Source: Hydrolagus colliei (lineage: Eukaryota). From it: a DNA stretch of 64,000 bases. Position numbers and translations under genes: made by a program. Location: the NCBI GenBank assembly GCA_035084275.1, contig JAYJKW010000399.1, positions 1,550,001 to 1,614,000 on the forward strand. The letters are read 5' to 3'. Below are positions 38,601 to 50,189 of the stretch, in pieces. The notes under the pieces were generated by a model. That model was not told where the DNA came from and ran no database searches. It saw nothing but the letters and a program-made list of their open reading frames with translations. Position 1 is the stretch's first letter, and every line of letters starts with the position of its first letter.

Positions 38601-39754
38601 CTTGTTGGGCGAATAGTAATCGCTCTTCCTGGGTAACAATCCCTCAATCATAATACTAATAATGTTCTCACTCAATCCAGTACTGTTCATTTGATGTTGC
38701 TCTGCACAACTCAATGCTATGTTTCACCTACAAAACACAGTTACTACGCTTTAAAATATATCTTGTAAACGAAAATCTATGAGGCACCCAGAAGACGTGA
38801 TGATGCACAGTGTCCATGTCAGGCAATATTATTATCCGAAAAACATGGGGAGGGTGGAACTAACTACAGTGTGTCTGTTTGTGTGTGTGTGAATGTGTAC
38901 AAGAGAGTATCTGTGAATTCTGGTGATTAGAAATTGAGGGCTGTATGTGTGAGAGATGGAGAGACACAGACACAGAGGCCTGTGAGTATGTGGGTGTGGG
39001 TGTCTCACTCATTTTCTGTTTGAGTGTACCTCAGGCTGTAAGCAAGACAATCGTTTCAGTCTCGTTATGTTCATGACCCTCGGTAACATTAGTAGACTCA
39101 ATGGGATATCATGAGAAACAAATACTTCCTATGATCTACTCATACAGAGAAACACATTTGACTACCTGTCTCTGTGGCACACAAACAATAAAAACATTAG
39201 GTTTTTTAATCGCCTTTCATGTCGGGAGGACGTCCCAAGGCGCTGATACACAAACACACCTACACACACACACTCTGTCTCTCTGTATCTGGCACACAAC
39301 ATACCCCACCCATGTACACAAATACAAACAAATCCACTGTAAATTCATACACTTCCAGGGCAATCAATCAGCCCCAACAGCCCTCACACACACACCTCCC
39401 ACACGCATACAATGAATACCACCCCCCAACACCCCAACACCCACCTTCGAACCCAAACAAATTCACAGGGAGAGACACACACAGACAATGAAAACATTAT
39501 ATCTCTCCCTGTGTCTATTATTCGTACCCACCGCCACACAGCTCCAACTCATAAACATACACACAGACCCCCCCCCCCCCCCCCCCACACACACAGCCCA
39601 CCCTCACTCTGCAACCCATCACAACATACACACAGCACCGCCAATCTCCCCCCCCCCCCACTCACACACACACAGTGTCTCCCTGAAACTTTGCAGTGAC
39701 CAACTATTAAGTATCAAATTCCACTCTCTCTCTCTGCAGAGACTCAGAATCGCT

Positions 39755-39945
39755 CTCTCTGTCGCCGCCATGTTTGTAGTTGATTTTGTCTCGAGCCTCG
39801 CCATCAACGATAAACGCGCCTGACGTCATGACGATGTACGCCGGGCGGCTCATTGCGACGGCCCCGCCCACTGACTCCCTGGTAACCAGTGATTAGCAGG
39901 AGTGTGGCACACCCTCACTCTGTCTCCGGTAACCAGTGATTGGAA
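39755..39945 (-). promoter_or_regulatory. Promoter-like cassette copy 2
   Basis: GGTAACCAGTGATT(A/G)G occurs twice (about 39881 and 39928), TGACGTCA at 39821-39828. The minus strand reads AAACATGGCGGCGACAGAG (ATG at 39771-39769). Confidence 0.6.
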
Positions 39946-41014
39946 GGAGAGTGGGACACGCCCACAGTTATTATTATGTTAGTTACTGACAAATCTCTGG
40001 GTGGGGGGTATCAACTATTGCATTATTGACATTAATATGTTTATTTTGTTTGTATTATTGTTGTCATAATAATAAATTCGTCATTTTAATCCATGGTTGT
40101 TCCGTCATTCCAGTTCACAAATGGATGGAACATCTCACCCACAGCTACACATTAAATTTCATTATGCTGGCTATTCCGTGAAGCGCTTTTAGACGTCTAG
40201 AAGGCGTGAAACGCACTAACTTAGTGGGACACTCACTTTCAGAGGGAGACACACGTGACCCTGCGTCTGATTCCCTTTTATACAAACACACATCGATTGT
40301 GGTCATGAGGAATCACAGAGATTAACTGGAGGGCATACACATATACACTCAGCTCCCTATTCTCAGCTCACACATAGCCACTCACAACAAACAAACACCC
40401 AGACCCCTCACACACAAACAAACTCACACCCAGCCCTCACTCTCGCAAAAATTCACACACAGCGTCCTCACGCACACAAAAACATGCAGAATCCCTCACA
40501 CACACAAACACACTTACAAACCGCTGCCACATACAAACTCACACATAGCCGCCTCACACACTTGCACAGTCCACCTGCACACGCGGATCCTCGACGTGCA
40601 CAGAGCCACCTCACAAAGACAAAACCAGCTGTACACACAAACACAACACTCACACGCAACGCACTCTCACACAAACACGTACACACAGCCACTTCTCACA
40701 CACACATACTTACAGTCCCCTCTCACACACAGTAAAACATCCACACGGCCCCATCACATACAAACAAATGGACACACAAACCCCTGACACAAAGATTACC
40801 CCACACCCGTTGCACACATAGCTCCCAACGGCACATACACACACATAGAGCCCTCCCACACACAACCCACCCGCAGACACCCACCACACAACACCTCACA
40901 CACACACACACACACACAAAACCCATCACACGCAGTACACCCCATTCTCCATCATACACAGACACACACACATGTCTCTATCTACCAGTGTGACTCTCTC
41001 TCTCTTCTGAGTCT

Positions 41015-41200
41015 CGGTCTGTCGCCGACATTGCTGATGATGCTGCTTTTGTCTCTTGAGCCGCCGCCGCCAACGGGCAATACGCAAGTGACGTCATGAC
41101 GGTATACGCCGCAAGGCTGTGTGGGAGTGACCGGCCCTCTGATTCCCTGGTAACCAGTGATTGGCAGGAGTGTGGGACACGCCCACTCTGTCCTGGTCAA
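41015..41200 (-). promoter_or_regulatory. Promoter-like cassette copy 3 (tandem duplicate of copy 2, about 1.26 kb apart)
   Basis: CCCTGGTAACCAGTGATTGG at 41144-41163 plus a decayed second unit, TGACGTCA at 41088-41095. The minus strand reads CAATGTCGGCGACAGAC. Confidence 0.6.
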
Positions 41201-43835
41201 CAGTGATTGACATGTGGAGAAACCACTCCGCTCCACACATACAGCCGCCTGTCTCCCCAGCCCGAACATCACCACCACCACACACACATTCCTCTAACAT
41301 ACACAGTGCCCTCACACACGTACTAATCACAGCCCCCCTCACGCAAACAAATGTACACGTAATCAATTCACATACACAACGTCCCACAAAAACAGAGCCG
41401 CCTCTATCAAATATACACAGATGCCAGAACCCCACACCCCCAATCACAGTACCCCCAAACCCAGTCCCACAAAAATGTACACAAAGAGCCACACCATACA
41501 CATAGCTCCCCCATCCCCAGGTAAACACAACCTCCCCTCTCTCTCTCTCACACACACACATAAAGTTCCTCTCCCCCACATACAGCGCAACACTCAAACA
41601 CACAGCCCACTTATACACACATATTCTGCATTTCTGTTTTTTTTGTACTGTTGCAGGGAAATCTGTGAACCCTTTCTGTAGGAGGTTTGTGTCGTTTGTG
41701 CTGTATATCCGGTGACGATGCTCAGCTAAATCTATACGAGTGGTTTAGCTACACATCTCTCAGTCCTACAGAGGTGAAAGTAGCTCTACAAATTCAATTT
41801 TTTTTTAATGTTCAAAATTATCCCTTTCAAACGACGAGAATTGAGCTCGTGTGAACTGTAATTCAAAATGAAACTCCCTTCTCCTTTTACCGAAAGCTTT
41901 GTAGGATCTTAAACATCTGATCTGAACAATGCACAAACTGGATCCCAATCTTACCATCTCACGAGACGGTCAGAGAAGGAAACCAACAGAAACACCGACA
42001 GGGATAAAGAGAGACTGAGACTGATTCAAAAAAATAGAATAATAATTCGGTTATTTCAATCCATGACTGCTTCTGAGCATTGCATTTCACCCACAAATCT
42101 ACAATTATTTCATGTTACAATGTATTCAGTGAAGTGCGTTGAGATACATAAAACGCGTGATAAGGCGCTATATCAAAAAGAAAGATTACTAGTATTAAAT
42201 ATTGAGGCTCGATTAGTGTCCAGAGAACTGTAACTTTAAATGTTTTCGCACCCTTTGCAGGTTTGTGCTTCATATCCGGTAACGCTGCTCAGCTAAACCC
42301 ACAACAGTGGTTCAGCTAAACATCAGCCTTTGCAATGATGTACAATGTTCAAAAATAGCCCTTTCAGACAGCTTGCAATGTGCTGGTATGGATTCTAAAA
42401 CATGCAGAAACTCACTTGCCTTTTAGCAAAAAGCTTTGTAGCATCGACAACATCTTCGACATGAAATAAATTGGAACTCAAATTTATCATCTGGCATGAC
42501 AGTCCCATAGCAGCAGACGGATAGGGAGAGACAGTGAGATAGAGAGTGACTGCTTGTGTGAAGGATAGTGCGTGTGACACAGAGAGCGATAGAGACTGGG
42601 AGTTTCAGAGACCCAGAGTCAATAAGTGACTAACTAGGATTGTGAGACGATCAGTAGTAGACTGAAAGATTGAGAGTTTGAGAGAAGCAGTGTGTGAGAG
42701 AAAGCCTGATAGTTAAGTAGTGAATCGTAGTGTGAAAGACACGATATGTGTATGCATATGTATTTGCGTTTGTGTGTGAGTGAGAGAGAGAGAGAGATGC
42801 AGAGAGAGTGAACAAACGAGGGTATTCAAACAGAGACAGAAACAGACAAATAATTGGGTTTCCTTTTTTATATTGAGCAGCCTTTGCAGAGTTGTGCAAT
42901 TTAATGCTCTGATGAAGTGTCGCAACAACTGTGAATATATCTATTTAAAGTTGAACGACAGAGATCCGATTTCACAGCTCAGCCCATTTGCGTCACCCAT
43001 TCTTCCTCTTTCAGCTTCTCACAGTTTAGTCTGTTGATAGGTTTTAATTTTTGTCTTTTTAGTTAACTTCCACCAAATGAACTGAAAACTCTAATGATGA
43101 GGTTTCTGGCGAGTATTAGCCTAAGTGTCAGAGTGAGGATTTAATCTCAGATTTAGCATTATTTGAAAAAAATCTCCTTGTTTGGTATCTCGTCTGTTTA
43201 TTTTGTCAATTAACTTCAAACACTTTTTCCGTTCCACTCTTGCTAAACCGTTAGAATTTTAAATAAATCTAACTTCTCCCTACGCATTGTCTGTTCGGAG
43301 AAAGTACCAGTTTCTATAGTTTCAATATTAAATTGTGTTTCATCATCCCTGTCATAATCCGGGTACATCTCCTCTGCACCATCTCCAATGCCTTGAAATC
43401 ACTCATAGAGTTGGTGAAACTACTAATAGTTAACGCACTCAAGCCACACAGCTTGTCCTGTGCGGACACTGTTGACCTGCCATTTTTTGTCCAGTTCAGA
43501 GCATCCATCCCTCCGTTCAGGCCTCAGAGAGTTTGCAGAAACTGCAGATTCTCAGTGGGTGTGGATGTGTGTGACAGTTGTTCCAGGAAAAGAGAACATG
43601 ACCAGTTCTGCTATTCTGTAGTCAGCATAGAGAGATACTGAGTCTCAACATTTTTCTGTGGCACACGGAAGTGTGTGTTTCATGATCACAGAGATCAGTC
43701 AGATCGGGTGGTCGAGTTAGGATCAGCTCCTCAGATCTTCTCCGTATGGTTTCGCCCCAAAGACGTGGATTTCCACAGGGATACAGCAACTATCTTCCAC
43801 TGTCTGCTCCTCACCAGCTCTTGCATGTACTCAAG

Positions 43836-43860
43836 ATGAAACTGATAATCTTCTTCTTCG
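43836..43860 (+). CDS. Candidate alternative leader exon S1a of the SRCR-Ig receptor (MKLIIFFF)
   Basis: ATG AAA CTG ATA ATC TTC TTC TTC G|GTGAGT is phase 1 with a consensus donor. Joining it to the 36-nt exon gives MKLIIFFF-V-IFLDRISVEPA. Confidence 0.5.
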
Positions 43861-44289
43861 GTGAGTGAGCTTGCTGTTGCAATAATCGAAATTCCGCTCG
43901 GAAGCCTGTTGTACCCTCAAATGTGATTTATCCCCACGTCTGCTCTTTGACCTGCTCCATCTTTCACAACCACCGCATTAGCCGCCACCGTTCATCCTCT
44001 CTATTACCAACATAGAGAAATTCATCCCACATTAACTGCGCTTCGCTCACTTCCTTGCTTCTTTTATGCCATGTCTCCAGTCTCTCGATCTCATTCCTAG
44101 CACTAACGCCCATGCCCTCCATACCACCAGTTTGGATACAGATCCTTGACTTTCCACTTTGGGACGTTCATCTGCCGTTACACGCGCTGTGTACACATAC
44201 ATATTATTGTTGTTGTCCTCAACAAAGAAAGAGGAGAGAGAAGGAGAAAGGGAACAATAGATAGGAGAGAGGGAAGAATACATAGCAGT

Positions 44290-44660
44290 GAGTGGATAAT
44301 TGAAAGGAATTCCTCTGGTGGGTGAATGCAAGACAATAGGATATCGTCTATAAATTGGAAGCAGGTCAATTAAGATTTACAGCAGGAAGTATTGTTTCTC
44401 GCTCATAGCATAGTAGGAATATAGATTTCTCTCTTTATAGGTATCTTGGATGCTTGATCCATTCATTCCCTCAAGAATGAGATTGGTAGATTGTTGGTAA
44501 ATCGGATTTATGAAGCGATATGTGGAGAAAACCGGAAATTTGAATTGAACCAATTAGTTCAGATACAGATACGAATATCTGTACATATATCACACAATCT
44601 AATTCAATGGCAGAAGAAGCTCGAGTGGTTGAATGGCATATTACTGTTCCTATGTTACAA
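44290..44660 (+). mobile_element. Degenerate CR1 3' end
   Basis: 'cacaatctaattcaatggcagaagaagctcgagtggttgaatggcatattactgttcctatgtt' resembles the CR1 3' terminus. Confidence 0.7.
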
Positions 44661-45009
44661 GAATAGTGATAATGGAAAGGAAAGATAAGCTAGGAGAGGA
44701 GATACGAGTGGAAGCAGAGTTCAGGGAAAATAGTAACTCATAGGAGAGATGTGGGATAGAGGAGATGAAAGATCTTAAAAGAGGAGTGCGGTGAGTGTAT
44801 ATGAGAGAAAGGAGAGGGAAGATAAAGGAAATGAAGTAGATGAGAGGAGGGAGGATAGGCGATGTGACAGTGAGAAGAGGGAAAAGGAGGTGACAGGTGA
44901 AAGGAAAGGGGAAAGGAAAGGGAAGATAAGTTTCGGGTTTGAGGCCGTAACTGAACCACTTTCTTCTCAGAGACTCTAATCACAAACACAAACAATTGTC
45001 ACATAGGAA

Positions 45010-45040
45010 ATGGCCGTTCAGACATTGTGCGCGTTTTTAT
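45010..45040 (+). CDS. Candidate leader exon S1b of the SRCR-Ig receptor (MAVQTLCAFL)
   Basis: 31 nt, phase 1, donor T|GTATGT. Joining it to the 36-nt exon gives MAVQTLCAFL-L-IFLDRISVEPA. Confidence 0.6.
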
Positions 45041-45384
45041 GTATGTGTGTGTGTGAAGGGGGTGGGTCTGTGAAAGAGATTTATGTTCAGTCCCTCTCCC
45101 CCTGCTGTTCTCAACGAAACTGTGCAAGAACACACAATCCATCGTTTCAGTGCTGCTGTTCGTTCCTCTGCAGCAGATGCATATTCTATCCCCTATCCCT
45201 GCTCTCTCCAAATCGCGTCTTTGATTGTGTTCACTCCCCGCACTTTAGCCTTTTTGGTCATGACTTTAAAAGGCTGACCTATAGTTACTGATAATGATGG
45301 AGCGAGATGCAAGGTAGATCAGCTAAATGATTGTATGAATTACTGTATTAATGATTCATTTTCTAACTTTTTGTTGTTGTTCAG

Positions 45385-45420
45385 TGATATTTCTGGATAG
45401 AATCTCGGTGGAACCAGCAG
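45385..45420 (+). CDS. 36-nt signal-peptide mini-exon S2
   Basis: Pyrimidine tract ttttgttgttgttcag| then TGATATTTCTGGATAGAATCTCGGTGGAACCAGCAG|gtaagc. Exactly 36 nt, open in phase 1-1, and in frame with SRCR1. Confidence 0.8.
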
Positions 45421-47316
45421 GTAAGCTCCAATATTATTTATTCCAAAATATAGTATATATTCGCTTAGTCGTTTAGTTCCAGCATAACAAATCTGCCCAG
45501 TCACTTTAGCAAAATAGGTTTTATCTTTGCATCATTCATATTCATTTGCCACTGATGCCATCAAAGCAAGCCTACATCTTGCTTCTCTTAGTTTACACTT
45601 TATTTTGAAACTTGTTCTGTCATTCTTTGCATTCTTTCTATTCCTCGACCCCAATTGGTTGTTCTAACAGTTGCTGCCATGCCTTGATCTTGCTCCAGGT
45701 TTAATATTTATTTCCACTTATTCACTTTTCTGTTCGTTGTTTGATCGCCCTTGATGTTCACCTACATGTGATTCCTTGTTCGACGTCTATCCAATAGGAT
45801 CTGATTTACGGCCACAAATTTGATCCTTTGATCCAGCCTTCCGTGTTAAATTTTTGTTAATACTTTTTGGAATGTGTTTGTGTTTTACTTCTGTGGCGCT
45901 TGCCCTTGTGTCTTCCAATTTCTTTGCCGTTGTACCTGAGATCTTAATTTTAGTTCCTGTCATGTTATCCCATCTCCTATTATTCTGGACATGTTCGTCT
46001 GTTTCGGTGACTGTCACTGGTCATTTATTGGTAGACTTCTGTGGTTGATTATTGCCAAATCTTCATTTTCCTTTGACTCATTGGCTTGCTCCTTCCACCA
46101 TCTGTTCCTCTAGCGTGTATTCTGCAAACAATAATCTGTTGATCTATGTCCTATTGTTTTGAATTGTTATTATGTTCAGTTGTCAGAAATTGTGGCCCGT
46201 TATGACTAATTAATTTCTTAGCTACTCCCTCACTCGCTAATATTTATTTGGTTTTGTTTGCCACCTTTCCTGCAGATGTATCATATAATTCTGGGTATTT
46301 GCTACAGCTTTAGGTATCGACCACTGTCAATAAATATTTTTTCCCGTTATAACTGAAAAAATCTGTTCCTATTTTTCTCCATGCCATCATTTGTCTCTGG
46401 TAATCCTTTCAAGGTTCATGCCTTTCTCTAATTTAGCGGCTCACACATTGCTTTATATTTTTCACATTTTTAGATATATATTCGTTTTCATTTTATGTTG
46501 AAAACATATTAAAGTATCATCTTTTCTTTTTACCATATAATATAAATTGTATATGGTATCACTTTTCATACAAGTTCTTTCGCTACTGTTCCAATATCGA
46601 ATTACCTTTCCTACTGTTTCAATTTTTCTTTTTTAATACAGCATTAATTTTCATTTGCTTTCTCCATCTTTACCTTATTTGGTTCTCCCAATGTTGCATA
46701 TGCTTTGAATGCATTACACTAGTCTGTGCTTCTGTATCTAATCTGTACTGAATTACACATCTTAATTAGTAACACCATAAACATAACACCCACTCACTTT
46801 CAGTTTTATAGTTTGTTTTTTCGCTCTTTAGGTGTTCCACTGCTTCAATGCTTTGCTTCTCTTCATGATCACTGTCACTAGATTATATACTGGAGGTGTT
46901 TCTCCTTTCATATTCCATTGCTTTGGTTTCCCCAATTTTGGTTCTCCGGTTTTTTGACGTTTTCAACTCTCTTTCTTCGGTTTTTTCTGTGCTATAGATC
47001 TGCTATAACACCTTATATTTACTTGCCAATTCTCGCAAAGTACGTAAAATGCCAACATCACGGCATTGATACCATTCTTTTGTAGCTGCTGATCAACTCC
47101 TCATTCAATGTACTAATCCACATTTGCAACATCTGTACATTCTGTTTGGTTTCTCTTTTGGCCTGAATATTCTCGGCGCTTCATACACTTCATCTGCGAC
47201 ATTCCAGCTTTGCCAGGTGGCTATTTCATCTCTTTGTATTTGTGTGTCTCTCTCCATGTTTCTCGTACTTTATTCCATCTTTGGAAGATTTGAGCCTCAA
47301 ATAAGGAGGCTACTGT

Positions 47317-47645
47317 GGAGCACCTGTCTCTCAGTGTTAGACCACTTGTCTTGCAAGCGGGGAATACCAAACTGGGGAGACCTGCTTTCGAATCCAGGCA
47401 GGTCAGGGCGAAACGTTGGGCAGGTGTCCTTATTCTAATAATAATCCGTCCAAAAAAAAAAATTATAAAATCGGTCATTTCAATCCATGAATGTTTGTGG
47501 GACACTGTTGTGTGCAATTGGTTGCCGCGATGCGCCCACAAGATATGCAGTCAAATTCACTTTACAGTATTTTGTGAAGCGCTTTGTGATGTCGTTAAGA
47601 TGTGAAAAGCGCTTCATCAAATGCAAGGATTGTTATTATTATTAT
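47317..47645 (+). mobile_element. Near full-length Deu-domain SINE
   Basis: tRNA-like head, 'ttcgaatccaggcaggtcagggcg', Deu core, L2-like tail and (TTA)n. Confidence 0.9.
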
Positions 47646-47924
47646 CTGGTTTACCGATTTTAACGCCAGGTCCCTTCATTTCAAAATCGTTCCTATTAAT
47701 CTGGTACAGTTAAGGGATCGACAATCCGGCCATCTTTCTTTTTGACTCATTGTTCCATAGTTGCAATTTTTACTTATGGATCTCAGTACTGTTCACAACG
47801 ACAAAAACAACTTCGATTTATATAGCAACCTCCACGACGGACGGCGTCTCATAGTGCTTATACTCAGAAAGCACTGCAGATTGAATGATTCTTTTGGTCA
47901 ATTATGTCATGTTCAGCTTATAAG

Positions 47925-49150
47925 TATATAAAAACACAATAGTTAGGAGCAGGTGTAGGCGATTTGGCCACTCGAACCTGCCGCGGCTTTTGATAAGATC
48001 ATGGCTGATCTTCTGACCCATTTCTAATTACCTGCCCTATCCCATATATTCGAATCGTTCTATTTAAAAAAATTAACAATCTCAGCTTTGAAAATGTTCA
48101 ATTACTGAGCATCTACAGTCTTCTTGGGGTAGTGAATTCCATAAATTCACTACTCTCTGAGTGAAGAAGTGTTTCCTCAATACCGTTCTAAAAGATTGAC
48201 CCCTTAATTATAAGATGATTACCCACTAATTGTACTTCTGCTACCAGTGAGACAGTTCCTCACTGTCTACATTATCCAGCCCATTAAGAAACTTATATGT
48301 TTCAATAAGGTCTCCCCTAATGCTTCTGTACTCCAGAGAATACAGCCCTACGTTATTCAACCTATACTCATAGGTCAGTCTCCTCATCCCAGGAACCAAC
48401 CTCGTGAATCTACGCTGCACCCCATCTAAGGCAATTATGTCCTTTATTAAACAAGGAGACCAAAACTGCACACAGAACTCGGTCTCGCCAAGGCCCTTTT
48501 CACTTGCGACAAGACGTCCATACTCTTGTACTCTAAACCTTTTGCAATGAACGCTAACATGCCGATTACCTTCTGATTTGCTTCCTGCTCCAGCAAACTA
48601 ACATTTTTAGGCTGGTGTACAAGGAAAACCAAATCCCTTTGTGCACTAACATGACCTAAACCCTTCTCGCCTAGACTATATATATATTGCTATCTAGGTG
48701 AATAATGTCATACTTCCCTACCTTAAATTCCTTCTGCCACCTACTCGCCCACTCCCCTAGCCTAACTATATCCCTTTGCAATCTTTTGGCATCATCCGTA
48801 CAGCTGACTCCCCTACCTAGTTTACTGACATTCGGAAAATTAGACAAGAGAGTTCAATATCCTCGTCTGGATCATTGATGTAAATTGTAAATAGCTGACG
48901 CCCAAGCACTCATCCTTGTGGCACTCCATTAGTTGCATCCTGCCAATTCTACAATGATCTGTTTATCCCTGCTCTCTGTATTCTACCCGTTAGCCTCTCT
49001 TCGACCCATACTAATATGTTCGCATTAATCACATGGGCATTGACTTTGTGCAATAGCCTTTTGTGTGGCAATTTATCAAATGCTTCCCTAAATTCTAACT
49101 ATAGCACATCTAGTGGTTCCCCCAATTCAACATACTAGATATGTCCTCAA
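47925..49150 (-). mobile_element. CR1 LINE fragment
   Basis: Minus ORFs read QFWSPCLIKDIIALDGVQRRFTRLVPGM and IGMLAFIAKGLEYKS. The CR1 3' end is at the left. Confidence 0.92.
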
Positions 49151-49865
49151 CAAAACTCCAGAAGAATAGCTAATGATTAGTTTTGTCTTACACAACATTA
49201 CTGCTTCATAAAACTATATTCAACATACGTTTCAATATCAAATTCAATTGTCTTTTTAAGTTTGTAACCTATCCTCTTGCTTCAGGATTCAATGGGATGA
49301 GCAGGTGTAAGAATAGCAGCAGTAGTACATAGTGTTAGTTAACCAAGAGGTGAGGTGGTGGGGTGTCGAGCTTTAGAGCAGGAGGCTTATTGCACGGTCG
49401 TTGAGTTTCCCATTTGTAACTTGCTCACAGTGATCCTCAGCTCACACCACCCCCCACACACCTGCACCTATGACACTTACCCCTAGCTCACACTGACCAA
49501 GAACTCACACCGAAATATACCTTGCAGTATAATAATATAACATGCAATAATATCTAATAGTACAGAAGTGATTTTTTTCATTATATATTGATCTTTGTCT
49601 TTGCAAGTCTAGTGGCAGTCGACACAGCTAGCAATGTGATTACAATGGAACAAACGTTCATTGTCATTTTGATACAAAATTTGGGATTGTATGTCACCAC
49701 CAGCCACAGCCGACATTATAGTTACTTTTATTGTTGGTTTTATTGTTGTTGTTTTCCTTACCCTCTAGGCACCCTCGTAACGCGACAGATACCCTCCCGT
49801 ATGCATTGCGTAAATAGAAGTCAATCAGGAACCAAACTCTAACTAATGGATGGGCTATTTTACAG

Positions 49866-50189
49866 GAAATGTGAGGCTGCAGAATGGCAACAGTCAGTGT
49901 GCCGGGAGAGTGGAGCTTTACCACGATGGACAATGGGGCACAGTGAATGGCTATGGCTCCAGCGTTTATGGCTGGGATAATTTGGACGCTGCTGTGGTGT
50001 GTAAGGAGCTGGGCTGTGGAGCGGCGCTATCAGCACCAAAAGCATCTCACTTTGGGGAAGGCTCAGGTCCCATTGTGACGTATTATGTTCAATGCAGAGG
50101 CAGTGAGTCTGCTTTGAGTGAATGTCACTCAGAGCCCTGGGGTCACTATAGAAATACACACGACGATGATGCTGGCGTCATTTGCTCAG
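49866..50189 (+). CDS. SRCR domain exon 1 of the SRCR-Ig receptor
   Basis: TACAG|GA...TCAG|GTAAGT, 324 nt. GNVRLQNGNSQCAGRVELYHDGQWGTV...AAVVCKELGCG...HFGEGSGPI...VQCRGSESALSEC...DAGVICS. Confidence 0.96.

Larger units (their letters stand above)
35300..41620. repeat. CA/TG-rich low-complexity block, including a ~205-bp direct repeat (35708-35914 and 36295-36499)
   Basis: Dense acacac/ctctct runs. The two ~205-bp copies are nearly identical by eye. ORFs here are compositional artefacts. Confidence 0.8.

Noticed and set aside
35003-41200. Calling the cassettes MHC class II SXY modules
   Set aside because: There is no S box, the CRE is not adjacent 3' of the RFX site, and the CCAAT abuts the RFX site instead of lying about 20 bp away.
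35613-41681. Many His/Thr/Pro- or Cys/Val-rich ORFs
   Set aside because: These are translations of CA/TG microsatellite-like sequence.
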